Positions 30,052-41,517 are shown, counted from the first letter of the stretch. The stretch is 64,000 nt of DNA from an uncultured delta proteobacterium (GCA_963810935.1 CAWEPK010000001.1:122546-186545); one strand, 5' to 3'. The notes: a model not told the origin generated them from the sequence alone. Made by a program: numbers and translations.

Positions 30052-31176
30052 ATGAAAAAGACGCTTATCATCGCAATTTCGCTGTTGGTTCTGTGCGCTG
30101 TCCCCGCCTACGCCAAGCAGGTGGTGAAGATCGGCCTCATCGCCCCGCTCACAGGAGACGTCAAGACCTTCGGCGAATCGTCGAAGAACGCCTTCCTGAT
30201 GGCGGTCGAGGATTACTCGAAGACTGGCAAATACACGATCGCCCCGCTCATCGTGGACGACAGGAACGACCCGACGGAGGGCGCGAACGGGGCCCTCAAG
30301 CTTATCACGCAGGACAAAGCCCTCGCCTTCGTCGGCCCTCTCACTTCGAAGGTCGCCATACCGGTCAGCGAGATCGCCACGCAGTACAAGGCCCCCATGG
30401 TGACCGAGGCGGCCACGAGCCCGAAGGTTACGGTATACAACGGCAAGCGGAAGCCGTTCGTCTTCCGCGCGTGCTTCATCGACTCCTTCCAGGGGCGCGT
30501 GACCGCCACGTTTGCCCTCGACAACCTGAAAGTAAGGACCGCCGCCGTGCTTTATGATGTCGGGAACGATTACTCGCGGGGCCTTGCCGAAGTCTTCAAG
30601 GCGACCTTCGAGAAAGGCAAGGGCACGGTCGTCGCCTACGAGTCTTACCAGAAAGACGACGTCGATTTTTCCGCACTCGCGACGAAAGTGCGGCTCAGGA
30701 AACCCGAGCTTGTCTTTATCCCCGATTATTACAACAAGGCGGGCCTCATAGTGAGGCAGCTTCGGGAGAAGGCGGTGAAGGCCGCCGTCATAGGCACGGA
30801 CGGGTGGGACTCCCCGGACCTCATCAAGATCGGGGGCAGCACGATCATCGGCGGGTATTTCACGAACCACTACTCGCCGGAGCAGAAGGAGCAGGCCACG
30901 CAGCGCTTCATCAAGCGCTACAAGGAGAAGCACGGCGAAGTCCCCGACGCGCTGGCGGCCCTGACCTACGATGCGGCGATGATCCTTCTCCAGTCGCTCG
31001 ATAAGGCGGAAGCACCCGCAGCCGAGCCCCTCCGTAAGACCCTGTCCGCGTTGAAGGGTTTTCAGGGCGTGACGGGGACTATAAGCTTCGACGCAAACGG
31101 GGACGCGATCAAATCGGCGGTTATACTGAGGGTGGAGAAAGACGGCTTCAGATACGTCGCCACGGTTAAGCCGTAG
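30052..31176 (+). CDS. livK: Branched-chain amino acid ABC transporter substrate-binding protein
   Basis: Signal peptide; KIGLIAPLTG; FRACFIDSFQG; GTDGWD. Confidence 0.9.
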   Translation: MKKTLIIAISLLVLCAVPAYAKQVVKIGLIAPLTGDVKTFGESSKNAFLMAVEDYSKTGKYTIAPLIVDDRNDPTEGANGALKLITQDKALAFVGPLTSKVAIPVSEIATQYKAPMVTEAATSPKVTVYNGKRKPFVFRACFIDSFQGRVTATFALDNLKVRTAAVLYDVGNDYSRGLAEVFKATFEKGKGTVVAYESYQKDDVDFSALATKVRLRKPELVFIPDYYNKAGLIVRQLREKAVKAAVIGTDGWDSPDLIKIGGSTIIGGYFTNHYSPEQKEQATQRFIKRYKEKHGEVPDALAALTYDAAMILLQSLDKAEAPAAEPLRKTLSALKGFQGVTGTISFDANGDAIKSAVILRVEKDGFRYVATVKP

Positions 31177-31179
31177 GCG

Positions 31180-32070
31180 ATGGAGCTGCTCGCCTATACG
31201 CTGCAACAGCTCGTAAACGGCCTACAGTTAGGCGCTATCTACGCGCTCATCGCCCTGGGCTACACCATGGTTTACGGAGTGCTCAGGCTCATTAATTTCG
31301 CCCACGGCGACATCTTCATGTTCGGCGCCTTCATCGCCTATTACTGCATAGCGAAATGGCAGTTGCCCCTCGGGCTCGTCTTCCTCGTCACGATGGGCGC
31401 GACCGCCCTGCTCGGCCTGCTCGTAGAGAAAATCGCGTATAAGCCGCTGCGTTCCGCGCCCAACATATCGGTGCTCATCACGGCAGTCGGCGTCTCCCTG
31501 TTTCTCGAATATTTCCTGAGCCTCAAGAGCATGTTCTCTCCCAACTACATCGCCTTCCCGAGACCTTTCGAGGTCGAGGCGTACGACCTGGGCCCCGTCG
31601 CCATAACGAACATCCAGCTTATTGTCTTCAGCGTCACGGCGGCATCGCTCCTATTGCTCTACCTCCTCGTCTACCGGACCAAACACGGCAGGGCGATGCG
31701 GGCCGTCTCGCACAACAGGGAGACGGCGTCCCTCATGGGCATCAACGTAGACGGGACGATCTCCTTCACCTTCGCGGTGGGCACGGCACTGGCCGGCATC
31801 GGCGGCATACTCTACGGTTTCGCCTACCCGCAGATCAACGTCTTCATGGGCATCATGCCGGGTATAAAATCGTTCATCGCCGCCGTGCTCGGCGGCATCG
31901 GCCTTGTCCACGGCGCTGTTTTGGGCGGCCTCGTCATCGGCGTCTCCGAGGTCTTTGTCTCCGCCTTCCTCTCATCGACGCTGCGGGACGGCGTGATCTT
32001 CGTGATCCTGCTTCTGGTCCTCCTCTTGCGGCCGATGGGTTTCTTCGGTAAAGGGAGGGACAAGGTGTGA
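31180..32070 (+). CDS. livH: Branched-chain amino acid ABC transporter permease
   Basis: YALIALGYTMVYGVLRLINFAHGD. Confidence 0.93.
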   Translation: MELLAYTLQQLVNGLQLGAIYALIALGYTMVYGVLRLINFAHGDIFMFGAFIAYYCIAKWQLPLGLVFLVTMGATALLGLLVEKIAYKPLRSAPNISVLITAVGVSLFLEYFLSLKSMFSPNYIAFPRPFEVEAYDLGPVAITNIQLIVFSVTAASLLLLYLLVYRTKHGRAMRAVSHNRETASLMGINVDGTISFTFAVGTALAGIGGILYGFAYPQINVFMGIMPGIKSFIAAVLGGIGLVHGAVLGGLVIGVSEVFVSAFLSSTLRDGVIFVILLLVLLLRPMGFFGKGRDKV

Positions 32071-33029
32071 GGTTCTTTGCGGGTGCGAGACGGTTCATTC
32101 TGTGCTGCGCAATTGCTTACGTGCTGCTGAAGGTCCTTTTCGTCTCCGGGATAGCCACGCAGTACGTCGAGCAGATCGTCCTCTACGCCCTCGTCATGAT
32201 AATAGCGAGCCTCGGCCTCAACGTCATTTACGGGTACACGGGGCAGTTCTCGTTGGGCCACGCGGCCTTCTACGGCATCGGCGCCTACGCTTCCGCCCTT
32301 TTGACGTGGGCCTTCGCCATCGACTCCGTGGCCCTCTTCCTGCCCGTCCTTCTCGTGGCGGGCCTTTTCGCGGCTGCGGTCGGCGGCCTCATCGGCATGC
32401 CGATCCTGAAGCTCCGCGACGACTTCCTCGCCATAGCGACCCTCGGCTTCGGGATGCTCGTGCGCACCCTCCTCGACAACTCGGACAGAGTGGCAGAGGT
32501 GCTCGGGGGGTCGAGGGGCTTTATCGGCATACCGAGGATCACGAACCTCGAGCTTGTCTTCGGCGTCATCGCAGTGCTGATACCTGTGACGCGGAACATT
32601 ATTTTTTCGAGGTACGGCCTTTTCTGGCAGTGCATCAAGGACGACGAGCTTGCCGCGACCGCCTTCGGCATCGATACGGGCCGCATGAAGTCGATGGCAT
32701 TTATTTACGGCTGTTTCCTGGCAGGCATCGCAGGCGGCCTCTACGCCCACCTGTACACGTTCCTTCATCCGTCCAATTTCGATCTCCTGAAGTCGATAGA
32801 CTTCCTTATCATCGTGATAGTGGGCGGTATGGGGAGCATCACGGGGACGATCTTGGCGGGCCTGGTCTGGGTGGGCTTCATCGAAGGGCTGCGCATCGTG
32901 CTGCCCGCAGGCATGCTCGAGCTGCGGTGGGTCTTCATCCCCGTTTTCCTGATTATACTGATGATGCTCAGACCTTACGGGCTTATCCACAGGACGGAGT
33001 CGAGACTATTGGGGATCGGCAGGAAATGA
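32067..33029 (+). CDS. livM: Branched-chain amino acid ABC transporter permease
   Basis: GYTGQFSLGHAAFYGIGAY; LAIATLGFG. Confidence 0.92.
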   Translation: MRFFAGARRFILCCAIAYVLLKVLFVSGIATQYVEQIVLYALVMIIASLGLNVIYGYTGQFSLGHAAFYGIGAYASALLTWAFAIDSVALFLPVLLVAGLFAAAVGGLIGMPILKLRDDFLAIATLGFGMLVRTLLDNSDRVAEVLGGSRGFIGIPRITNLELVFGVIAVLIPVTRNIIFSRYGLFWQCIKDDELAATAFGIDTGRMKSMAFIYGCFLAGIAGGLYAHLYTFLHPSNFDLLKSIDFLIIVIVGGMGSITGTILAGLVWVGFIEGLRIVLPAGMLELRWVFIPVFLIILMMLRPYGLIHRTESRLLGIGRK

Positions 33030-33796
33030 GGGCGCTGGAGACTACAGGACTCACGAAGACCTTCGGCGGAGTGCGGGCTGTGAATAACCTTTCCTTCCAT
33101 GCGGAAGAACATGAGACGGTGGGGCTGATAGGGCCGAACGGCGCGGGTAAGACGACCGTCTTCAATTTGATAACGGGCCTTAGCCGCGCAGATAAGGGCA
33201 GGATCGAGGTCTTCGGCAAAGACGTGACGCGCATGGCGCCCTTCCACGCGGTAGCCATGGGCATGGCGAGGACGTTCCAGAATATCCGGCTTTTCGGCCG
33301 CCTGTCCGTCGTTCAAAATGTGACCGTCCCCATCATAGGACGCGCGGGCTACGGGCCGCTCGCCGCGGCGTTCGAGTCGGCCGCCTCCGCGCGCGCGGAG
33401 GCGGCGGCGCTCAGCCACGCCATGGAGATACTCGATTTCTTCCACCTCGCCGGTAAGGCGGACCAGCTTGCCGCAAACCTGCCGTACGGAGACCAAAGAC
33501 GTCTGGAGCTTGCAAGGGCGCTTGCCGCAGGCCCCAGGCTCCTTCTGATCGACGAGCCGGGGGCAGGCATGAACCCGAAGGAGATAGGCGATTTGCTCGC
33601 GGACATCAGGCGGGTCAAGGAGGTTTTCAAGCTGACCATCCTTCTGATCGAGCACCAGATGGGCCTCGTCATGAACATCTCCGATAGGCTGGTCGTGCTC
33701 GATTTCGGGGAAAAGATCGCGGAAGGGACGCCGGAAGCGATGCGGAAGGACAAAGCGGTGATAGAGGCATACCTGGGGGAAGACTTCACATGCTGA
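33026..33796 (+). CDS. livG: Branched-chain amino acid ABC transporter ATPase
   Basis: From ATG 33026 MRALETTGL; GPNGAGKTT; ARTFQNIRLF; LPYGDQRRLELARALA. Confidence 0.93.
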   Translation: MRALETTGLTKTFGGVRAVNNLSFHAEEHETVGLIGPNGAGKTTVFNLITGLSRADKGRIEVFGKDVTRMAPFHAVAMGMARTFQNIRLFGRLSVVQNVTVPIIGRAGYGPLAAAFESAASARAEAAALSHAMEILDFFHLAGKADQLAANLPYGDQRRLELARALAAGPRLLLIDEPGAGMNPKEIGDLLADIRRVKEVFKLTILLIEHQMGLVMNISDRLVVLDFGEKIAEGTPEAMRKDKAVIEAYLGEDFTC

Positions 33797-34500
33797 TGGT
33801 TATCTCCGGCCTCACCGTAGCGTATGGCGCCGTCAGGGCGCTGGACGACGTCGCGATGGAGGTGCACAAGGGAGAGGTGCTCTCCATCATCGGGGCCAAC
33901 GGCGCAGGCAAGAGCACGCTTCTGCGCGCAATCGCGGGGTTGGCCAAGCCTGCATCGGGGAAGGTGGAGTTCGAGGGCAGGGATATAACGAGGCTGAGGC
34001 CGGACAAGATCGTGCGGCTGCGCATATCCCTGGTCCCGGAAGGCAGGCAGATCTTCCCGAACCTCACCGTCAAAGAGAACTTGGAGGTGGGCGGCCATAC
34101 GCTCAAAGGCCGTCACGCCAGGCGGACGATCTTCGACATGGCGCTCCAGACGTTCCCGAGGCTCGCCGAAAGGCTCCACCAGCACGCGGGCACGCTCTCC
34201 GGCGGGGAGCAGCAGATGCTCGCGCTGGGCAGGGCGCTCATGGCCGACCCGGTCATGCTTCTCCTCGACGAGCCTTCCATGGGCCTCTCGCCCATTATAA
34301 CGCGCGAGATTTTCTCCCTCGTCGGGACGATAAACAAGGAAAAGGGCATCTCCATTGTTCTCGTCGAGCAGAACGCCCATATGGCCCTTGACCATTCACA
34401 CAGGGCATATGTCCTCGAGACGGGCCGTGTAGTTGCGGAGGGGCCCTCGGCTGCCGTCAAGTGCGACCCGGCCGTAGTATCTGCCTATCTGGGCGGATAA
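33790..34500 (+). CDS. livF: Branched-chain amino acid ABC transporter ATPase
   Basis: GANGAGKST; LSGGEQQMLA; DEPSMGLSP. Confidence 0.94.
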   Translation: MLMVISGLTVAYGAVRALDDVAMEVHKGEVLSIIGANGAGKSTLLRAIAGLAKPASGKVEFEGRDITRLRPDKIVRLRISLVPEGRQIFPNLTVKENLEVGGHTLKGRHARRTIFDMALQTFPRLAERLHQHAGTLSGGEQQMLALGRALMADPVMLLLDEPSMGLSPIITREIFSLVGTINKEKGISIVLVEQNAHMALDHSHRAYVLETGRVVAEGPSAAVKCDPAVVSAYLGG

Positions 34501-34624
34501 AAAGGTTAACCCTCATTTTGCAGGCCGCCGAGCGCGTGCCATGACAGGTCCGCATATCTTGACAGCCAATCCGCGCGGCTTTATCTTGCCATCAGCGGGG
34601 TCGGCCATATCAAAGGAGACGAGA

Positions 34625-37334
34625 ATGGGTAAAAACTCTCGACCGCCATTCGTTTCGATGCCTAAAATCCTTGTGCTTTCCGTGGCTGCCTTGCTCCTTC
34701 TGGCCTGCCTTCTCCAGGCGGCGTCGAAGGAAACAACGGGCCCGGAACAGGGTGTGCTGAAGGCAACCCTGCAAAACGGCCTGAAGGTCGTCATCGTCCA
34801 TAACGCGCTCGCGCCCGTCGTCACGACGATGATGAACTACATGGTCGGCTCGGTCGAGGCGCCCGCGGGTTTCAAAGGCATGGCGCATGCGCAGGAGCAC
34901 ATGATGTTCCGGGGCAGCCCGGGGCTTTCGGCGGACCAGTTGGCCGCCATCATCGCTGCCATGGGAGGGAAGTTCAACGCAGAGACCCAGCAGACGATCA
35001 CGCAATATTTCCTCACCGTCCCTTCGGCCGATTTTGACGTGGCCTTACGGATAGAGGCGATCAGGATGATGGGCGTTCTCGACAGTGAGAAACTCTGGGC
35101 GCAGGAGAGGGGGGCCATCGAGCAGGAGGTGGCGCAGGACTATTCGAGCCCCGAATTCATCTTCTACACTAAACTGCTCGCCGGCATGTTCAAGGGCACG
35201 CCTTACGAGGAGAGCCCCCTCGGCAGCGTCGCCTCCTTCGATAAGACGACGGGGGGGATGCTGAAAAAATTCCACGAGGCATGGTACGCGCCGAATAACG
35301 CCATCCTTGTCGTCGTCGGCGACGTGGAGCCTCAAAAGGCGCTCGCTGCCGTAAAGGCCCGCTTCGAGGTCATACCTGCGAAGAAGCTGCCGGCCAGACC
35401 GGCGTTTCACCTGTCGCCGGTCAAGCCTGAAACGATACACCTCACCACGGACGAGTCGTACGGGCTCGCAATCATCGCATTCCGCCTGCCGGGCTACGAC
35501 AGCCCCGACTACCCTGCCTGCCTCGTCCTTGCAGACGCCTTAAGCAGCGAGCGAGGGACGTTATTCAGCCTAGTGCCTGAAGGGAAGGCCCTCTACGCAG
35601 GCTTCAGCCTCGATACCTTGCCGCAGGCGGGCCTTGGCTACGCCCTCGCAGCCTTCCCGAAGGGGGGTGATGCACAGGCCCTGGTGAAAGAGATACGGAA
35701 GATACTGGAGGCCACCGTCAAGGGCGGTCTTCCCCCCGATCTTGTCGAGGCCGCGAAAAAAATGAGGCGGACGAGGGCAGAGCTTAAGAAAAACTCGGTC
35801 CTCGGACTGGCCGAGACCTGGTCTGATGCCTTGGCGCTGGAGGGGAAAGAATCACCGGAGGAGACTGTACGGGCCATCGAGAGGGTGTCGGTGGATGAAG
35901 TGAACGCGGCTGCGCGAAAGTACCTCGACATGGAGCATGCGGTAGTCTCGGTCCTCACGCCGGAATCCTCAGGCAAGGCTATGCCCGGAAAAACCGGCGG
36001 ACGGAGGGTCGAGTCATTCACGCCTACGCACGTAAAGCCCGTCGAGCTGCCCGGCTGGGCAGAAGCCGCGCTCAAGCGCCTGGAGATCCCGAAATCGACC
36101 GTAAACCCGGCAGTGACGGTTCTGCCGAACGGCCTGAAGCTCATCGTGCAGCCCGAATCGGTCAGCGACACGGTATGCGTTTTCGGCCGCGTGCGGAACA
36201 ATTCCGACATGGAGACGCCGAAAGGGAAAAAGGGCGTTGACGAGGTGTTGGACCAGTTGTTCTCTTACGGCAGCGCAAACCTCGACCGCGTCGCCTTTCA
36301 GAAGGCGCTGGATGAGATAGGCGCGCAGGAATCGGCAGGGGACGATTTCAGCCTCAAGGTGCTCGCCGGCCATTTCGAAAGGGGTGTTCAGACTCCTTGC
36401 CGATAACGAGCTGAACCCCGCGTTTCCGGAAGCGGCCTTCAAAATAGTCAGGCAGCAGGTCTCAGAGACGGCCGCAGGTAGGCTCGAAAGCCCTGATCAC
36501 CTCACGAAAAAGGCGCTTGCCGAGTCCCTCTTCCCGAAGGGCGACCCTTCCTTGAGAGAGGCGACCCCGGAGAGCATCAAGGCCCTTTCCCTGGATGATG
36601 TAAGGGCATATTACCGCAAGGTATTCAGGCCGGACCTTACTACGATAGTGGTCATGGGGAAGGTGACGCCGGAGACGGCCAGGGCGGTCATTGAGAAGCA
36701 TTTCGGAGCATGGAAGGCTGAAGGGCCGCAGCCCGACACCTTCCTGCCTCCGGCCCCGCCGAACCGTCCCTCTATAGTCGGCGTGCCGAACCGCAGCAGG
36801 GTGCAGGCAGAGGTCGCCCTTGCGCAAACTCTCGGCCTCACGCGGTCGAACCCGGAATATTACGCCCTCGAGCTTGGGAACCATGTCCTGGGCGGCGCCT
36901 TCTACGCCACTCGGCTCTTCCGCGATCTGAGGGAGGAGACGGGTCTGGTCTACACGGTCTCATCGACGTTCGACGTCGGCGTGACGCGCTCCATATACGG
37001 CGTCACTTTCGGCTGCGACCCTGGTAACGTGGAAAAGGCATCAGCCATCGTTATCCGCGACTTAAGGCAGATGCAGACGACGCCTGTCCCTCCGGAGGAG
37101 CTAAGGCGGGCAAAGGCCCTGCTGCTCCGGGAGATACCCCTGTCGCAGTCGAGCGTCGACAGCATCGCGGAGAAGTTGATCTACCTCTCGACGCATTTCC
37201 TACCTCTTGACGAGCCGATCGTGGCCGCCAATAGATACGTGGCGCTTTCTGCCGACGAGGTAAAGGCGGCTTACGCGAAATGGCTGCGCCCGGTCGATCT
37301 GGTCCAGGTAACCCAGGGCCCGCCGGCCAAGTAG
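34625..37334 (+). CDS. Exported M16 (pitrilysin-family) zinc peptidase (apparent +1 error near 36388)
   Basis: HAQEH (HxxEH); two LxNGL repeats; LREETGLVY in the second frame. Confidence 0.9.
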
Positions 37335-37555
37335 GGGGGGCAGGGAAGGAAAACAACGGGAATATGCATACAATTTCGAGGGCATATATCGCATCCCGGA
37401 GAGGGAGATTGTAACGCTTGTGCGCACGATACGGTCGAAGGTGACGCTATCGGCCCAGGCGGTCATGTTTTTTTGATTTTTTCTATTGACATTGTAACGC
37501 TATCTTGAGATATGTATACTATTCGTTACCCCATATATGAAAGGAGGTCGGGATA

Positions 37556-37729
37556 ATGCCTGCAAAGATTGACGAAGAAACCTGTTCGGCTTGCGGAGCC
37601 TGCGCGGAAGTATGTCCGGCGGATGCCATAACCGTTGAGGACAGCGCGAAAGTCGACGCCGAGCTGTGTACCGAGTGCGGGGCATGCGTAGAAGAATGCC
37701 CCCTGGAAGCCATTACGGTCGAAGAATAA
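37556..37729 (+). CDS. 2[4Fe-4S] ferredoxin (57 aa; missing from the ORF track)
   Basis: [68 protein letters not shown]. Confidence 0.95.
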   Translation: MPAKIDEETCSACGACAEVCPADAITVEDSAKVDAELCTECGACVEECPLEAITVEE

Positions 37730-37737
37730 TCTGAAGG

Positions 37738-37790
37738 GAAAAAAATAAGGGGGGGATGAGCTTACCCATCCCCCCATCTTATTGCATCTT
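37738..37790. terminator. Probable bidirectional terminator between convergent genes
   Basis: AATAAG-GGGGGATG...CATCCCCC-ATCTTATT hairpin with A/T-rich flanks. Confidence 0.6.
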
Positions 37791-37799
37791 TTGAGGCGC

Positions 37800-39803
37800 C
37801 TAAACGCCTTTTACTATCGCTTCGGAGATGTCGAGGGCCTTCATCGTCTCCGATTTCTCCTTGTCTTTTATTGCGTCTTCCATCATGATAAGGCAGTAAG
37901 GACATGCGGTTATCACGGTATTCGCCTCAACGCTTATGGCGTCGTCCATGCGCACGTGGCATATCCTGCCGTGATGTTCTTCCATCCATATCTTGCCGCC
38001 GCCGCCGCCGCAGCAGAAGCCCTCGTCCCTGTTCCTGGGCATCTCTACGAAGCTGTCTTTTTTCACTGCCCCCAGGATCTCGCGCGGCGCGTCGAAGATA
38101 CGGTTGACCCTGCCGAGGTAGCACGGGTCGTGATAGGTAGTGACCCCTTCAAGGACGGGGTTGATCTTGATCTTCCCTTCCTGCACCAGCTTATTGATGA
38201 ACTCCGTGTGATGGTAGACCTGGTAATCTGCGCCTAACTGGGCATAATCGTTCTTGAGCGTGTTGTAGCAGTGCGGGCAGGCGGTAACGATCGTCTTTAC
38301 ACCCATCTCTTTCAGCAGATCGATGTTGCCCTGGGCGATTTCCTGGTACTGGTACTCGTTGCCCGTCCTGCGCAAGGGGTCGCCGCAGCATTTCTCTTCC
38401 GGGCCGAGCACGCCGAAGGAAACGCCCGCCTTCTGCATTATCGTCGAAAACGATTTGGCGACCTTCCTGTTCCTGTCGTCAAGGGAGGCGACGCAGCCGA
38501 CCCAGTAAAGGACATCGACCTCTGTCTCGGTCGCCTTCTTTATGTCGAGCCCTTCCGTCCATTCGAGCCGCTTGCCTTTGCCCATGCCGTACGGGTCGAA
38601 CCTTGTCTGGAGGTTCTTGTAGAGCAGCTTCAACTCGGGCGATACCTTGCTCAGCGTCATGGTCAGATATCTTCTAATCTCAAGGGTTTTGTCGAAGGTC
38701 GGGATCGAAACCGGGCAATTGACCTGACAGGAGAGACAGGCGGTGCAAGACCAGAAGGTCTCTTCCGGTATAACTTTGTCCAGAATCCCGTCTTCGTTCT
38801 TGACGCCGGCCGCTGCGGCCAGCCATTCGCCCTTCAGGTCCTGTATCAGCTTTTTAGGCGAGAGTGGTTTCTGGGTCAGGTTTGCCGGGCACCTGTCCTG
38901 GCAGCGCCCGCAGCGTGTACAGGCGTCCAGGTCGAAAATCTGCCTCCAGGTGAAGTTCTCGATCTGATTGACTCCGAATTCCTCGGCCGTCTCGAAATCG
39001 GCAATAGGCGCCACGGCACCCCTCGGGGACTCCTCTACGCCCCTGAACAGCATGTTGAGGGAGGACGTAAGTATGTGTAGGAGCCTGCCGGAGAAGACGA
39101 CATAGGCGATAAGGCCGAAGGATATGAACATATGGAAATAATAGAGGACTGCGTGGGTGACTTTGATGCCGTCGGGCGACATGCCGACGAACAGGCCGGA
39201 AAGTACCCACCCGACGAAGCTCCACGCCTCGTAAGCGGGGCTGTTAAAGGCAAGCCTGGCAGCCTCGACCAGGAAGCCTGTTACCAGGACGGCCAGGATC
39301 CAGATGAGGGCTATGGCGTCGTCCCTCTGGTTGTCGAGCCGGTCGGGCTTGGAGACGTAACGCCTTATCATCGCCATGACGATGCCGATTATGGCAGCCA
39401 GCCCGGCAAGGTCCAACAGGAATGAAAACAGGATATAAAAGTTGCCGTGCAGGTAAGTGATGCCGAATAGCGGCCTGAAAAAGTCATCCTCGAAGGCAAC
39501 CAGCCCCGTACCTATGGCGAGGATCAGGAAGCCCCAGAATATGAAAAGGTGCATAAAGCCCGGGTAGGTCTCGCGGCGCCGCAATATCGTCTTGTGAAAA
39601 ATGGCACTCTTGATGTAATAGACGATCCTCTCTGCCAACCGATTGGTAAAGGCGAATGGTTCAGGCTTCCCTATTTTCCACATCCGGTACCGGGACCGGA
39701 TGCCGTAGATAATCAAAATGAACGATATTACCATGAGGGCATAGGCGAACCAACGGGCCGTCTGCCCCACATTCCAGAAGATCTCCCTCCCTACGTGCTC
39801 CAT
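37800..39803 (-). CDS. Membrane-anchored FeS oxidoreductase (NarI-like TM, 2 FeS, 2 CCG domains; FadF/DUF224 type)
   Basis: MHLFIFWGF, CTRCGRCQDRCP, CTACLSCQVNCP, CCG, ACPHC, YHDPCYLGR, CCGGGGG. Confidence 0.9.
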   Translation of the reverse strand: MEHVGREIFWNVGQTARWFAYALMVISFILIIYGIRSRYRMWKIGKPEPFAFTNRLAERIVYYIKSAIFHKTILRRRETYPGFMHLFIFWGFLILAIGTGLVAFEDDFFRPLFGITYLHGNFYILFSFLLDLAGLAAIIGIVMAMIRRYVSKPDRLDNQRDDAIALIWILAVLVTGFLVEAARLAFNSPAYEAWSFVGWVLSGLFVGMSPDGIKVTHAVLYYFHMFISFGLIAYVVFSGRLLHILTSSLNMLFRGVEESPRGAVAPIADFETAEEFGVNQIENFTWRQIFDLDACTRCGRCQDRCPANLTQKPLSPKKLIQDLKGEWLAAAAGVKNEDGILDKVIPEETFWSCTACLSCQVNCPVSIPTFDKTLEIRRYLTMTLSKVSPELKLLYKNLQTRFDPYGMGKGKRLEWTEGLDIKKATETEVDVLYWVGCVASLDDRNRKVAKSFSTIMQKAGVSFGVLGPEEKCCGDPLRRTGNEYQYQEIAQGNIDLLKEMGVKTIVTACPHCYNTLKNDYAQLGADYQVYHHTEFINKLVQEGKIKINPVLEGVTTYHDPCYLGRVNRIFDAPREILGAVKKDSFVEMPRNRDEGFCCGGGGGKIWMEEHHGRICHVRMDDAISVEANTVITACPYCLIMMEDAIKDKEKSETMKALDISEAIVKGV

Positions 39804-39929
39804 CGTATACCCTCCCTCGATCTGATGCGTACATAATGTTATGTGAAAAAAAGGACGAAAGCAATAAGAAATAATCACTCGTCCCCGCTACTCTGTTTTC
39901 TTGCTTATTTCCGGGTTTTTGACGATGTC

Positions 39930-40076
39930 GGGGGACGGGGCTGACCGGAGAGATTTCCGATGGATTTCGCGTTGTTTTAGAAGGCGCGCGACGCAGCGTA
40001 CTTTTGTGTACGTGAGGAGCCGTGCCGAGAAATCGACGCGAAAGGCACGGAAAGATCCCGGTCCACCCCGTCCCCC
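39930..40076 (+). repeat. Palindromic intergenic repeat, copy 1
   Basis: Long hairpin with core GGCGCGCGACGCAGCGTAC-TTTTGT-GTACGTGAGGAGCCGTGCC; homologous to 49893-50018 and 45535-45680. Confidence 0.85.
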
Positions 40077-40128
40077 ATCGCGATGAAATGCGTTGACAAC
40101 ACACGGCAAAAGCCTATAAGATGTTCCC

Positions 40129-40803
40129 ATGAAAGCCTTTTTCCGCGACATGGCCCTCGACCTCTGGGACAACTTCGCGGAGGTCTTTTTCAACGTCCTC
40201 CTCATGATCGGCGTCATGATCGCCGGCTTCATCGTAAGCTGGGTGCTGCGCAAGCTCGTCGAAAAGGCGCTGATACTCTTCCGCTTCGACAAATGGGCTG
40301 CCGACGTCGGCATAGTCACCTTCCTGGAGCGCGGCGGCGTTAAGGCGAAGCCTTCGACCATCATAAGCCGCATAGTCTTTTGGGTGCTGGTTATTACCTT
40401 CTTTTCTTTCGGGCTCAGCCTGGTAGGCATCACCCAGTTCACGGAGTACGCCTCACGCATTACCAGCGCCCTGCCTTACATAGTGATATCCATGATCATC
40501 CTGATTGTGGGCATCATTTTCAGTACTTTCTTAAGCAGGGTGATCTATATCGGGTGTGAGAACGCCAACATCGGCTACGGGGAGATTATCGCGAAGGGCG
40601 TGCGGATATTGCTCGTAGTCATCACGTTCGGCATCGTCTTCGAGTACCTTGGCGTTGGGAGCACCATTATCAGCATCAGCTTCCTCATCATCTTCGGGGG
40701 GATCATCATGACCCTCTCTTTGGCCCTCGGCATCGGCCTCAGCACGGTTATCACCGATTTCATCAAGGAAAGATTCCTGGGAGACAGGAACAGGAAGAAA
40801 TAG
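40129..40803 (+). CDS. TM-helix repeat membrane protein (CmpX / MscS-associated)
   Basis: Multiple TM helices; LPYIVISMIIL; LSLALGIG. Confidence 0.7.
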   Translation: MKAFFRDMALDLWDNFAEVFFNVLLMIGVMIAGFIVSWVLRKLVEKALILFRFDKWAADVGIVTFLERGGVKAKPSTIISRIVFWVLVITFFSFGLSLVGITQFTEYASRITSALPYIVISMIILIVGIIFSTFLSRVIYIGCENANIGYGEIIAKGVRILLVVITFGIVFEYLGVGSTIISISFLIIFGGIIMTLSLALGIGLSTVITDFIKERFLGDRNRKK

Positions 40804-40809
40804 GGCTGC

Positions 40810-41517
40810 TTAGGCCAGAAGGAACCGTCCCAACCAGTCGATGGCAAGCTCTATTGCCCGCGTCCTGTGGCCGGGGTCGGACAAGACGTGGTCCCCACCT
40901 TTTATGATTTCCAGTTTCTTGGGTGATTTCAGGTTCTTGTAAATAGCCCTGCCTTCATCCACCGGGACCGTCTCGTCCCGGTCGCCGTGGACCACGAGGG
41001 CGCACGAGACGTTTTTCGCCTCCGCCAGCAGGTCGTACTGCATGAAATCTTCGTAAAGGGCGTCTTCGAAGCTTATCCCGGAGACGGCTTCTTCCTTCTT
41101 TTCGAGACTGTAGGGCGTTGCCCAGAACGATGCGCATCGGACGCGCCTGTCTCTGGCCGCTTTGACCAGGGACGTGCAGCCCCCGAAGCTGCTCCCGAGC
41201 AGGCCGACCCTGCCGGCGTCTACCGACGGGTGGATGAGCGCCCACTCAAAGACCGCTTCGAGGTTGGCGACGCGGCCGCTCAACGTCGTCTCTTCGAGGC
41301 GTCCGTCGCTCTCCCCGCAGCCGGCGTAATCGAACCTGCACGCAGCCATGCCAGCCGCGCAAAGGACCTGCGAAAGCGCTTCGTACTTCGAGCTTTCCTT
41401 GTAGCTTATGAGGCCGTGGGAAAGGATAACGCAGGGGTGCCTGCCGTCTGCCCCCGGCAGTGCTATCAACCCCCTTATCCTGCGGCTGGATGCCCCTATC
41501 TCAAACCGTTGTTCCAC
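40810..41517 (-). CDS. Alpha/beta hydrolase
   Basis: SHG, GSSFGG nucleophile elbow, HGDRDETVP, GGDH. Confidence 0.9.
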   Translation of the reverse strand: MEQRFEIGASSRRIRGLIALPGADGRHPCVILSHGLISYKESSKYEALSQVLCAAGMAACRFDYAGCGESDGRLEETTLSGRVANLEAVFEWALIHPSVDAGRVGLLGSSFGGCTSLVKAARDRRVRCASFWATPYSLEKKEEAVSGISFEDALYEDFMQYDLLAEAKNVSCALVVHGDRDETVPVDEGRAIYKNLKSPKKLEIIKGGDHVLSDPGHRTRAIELAIDWLGRFLLA

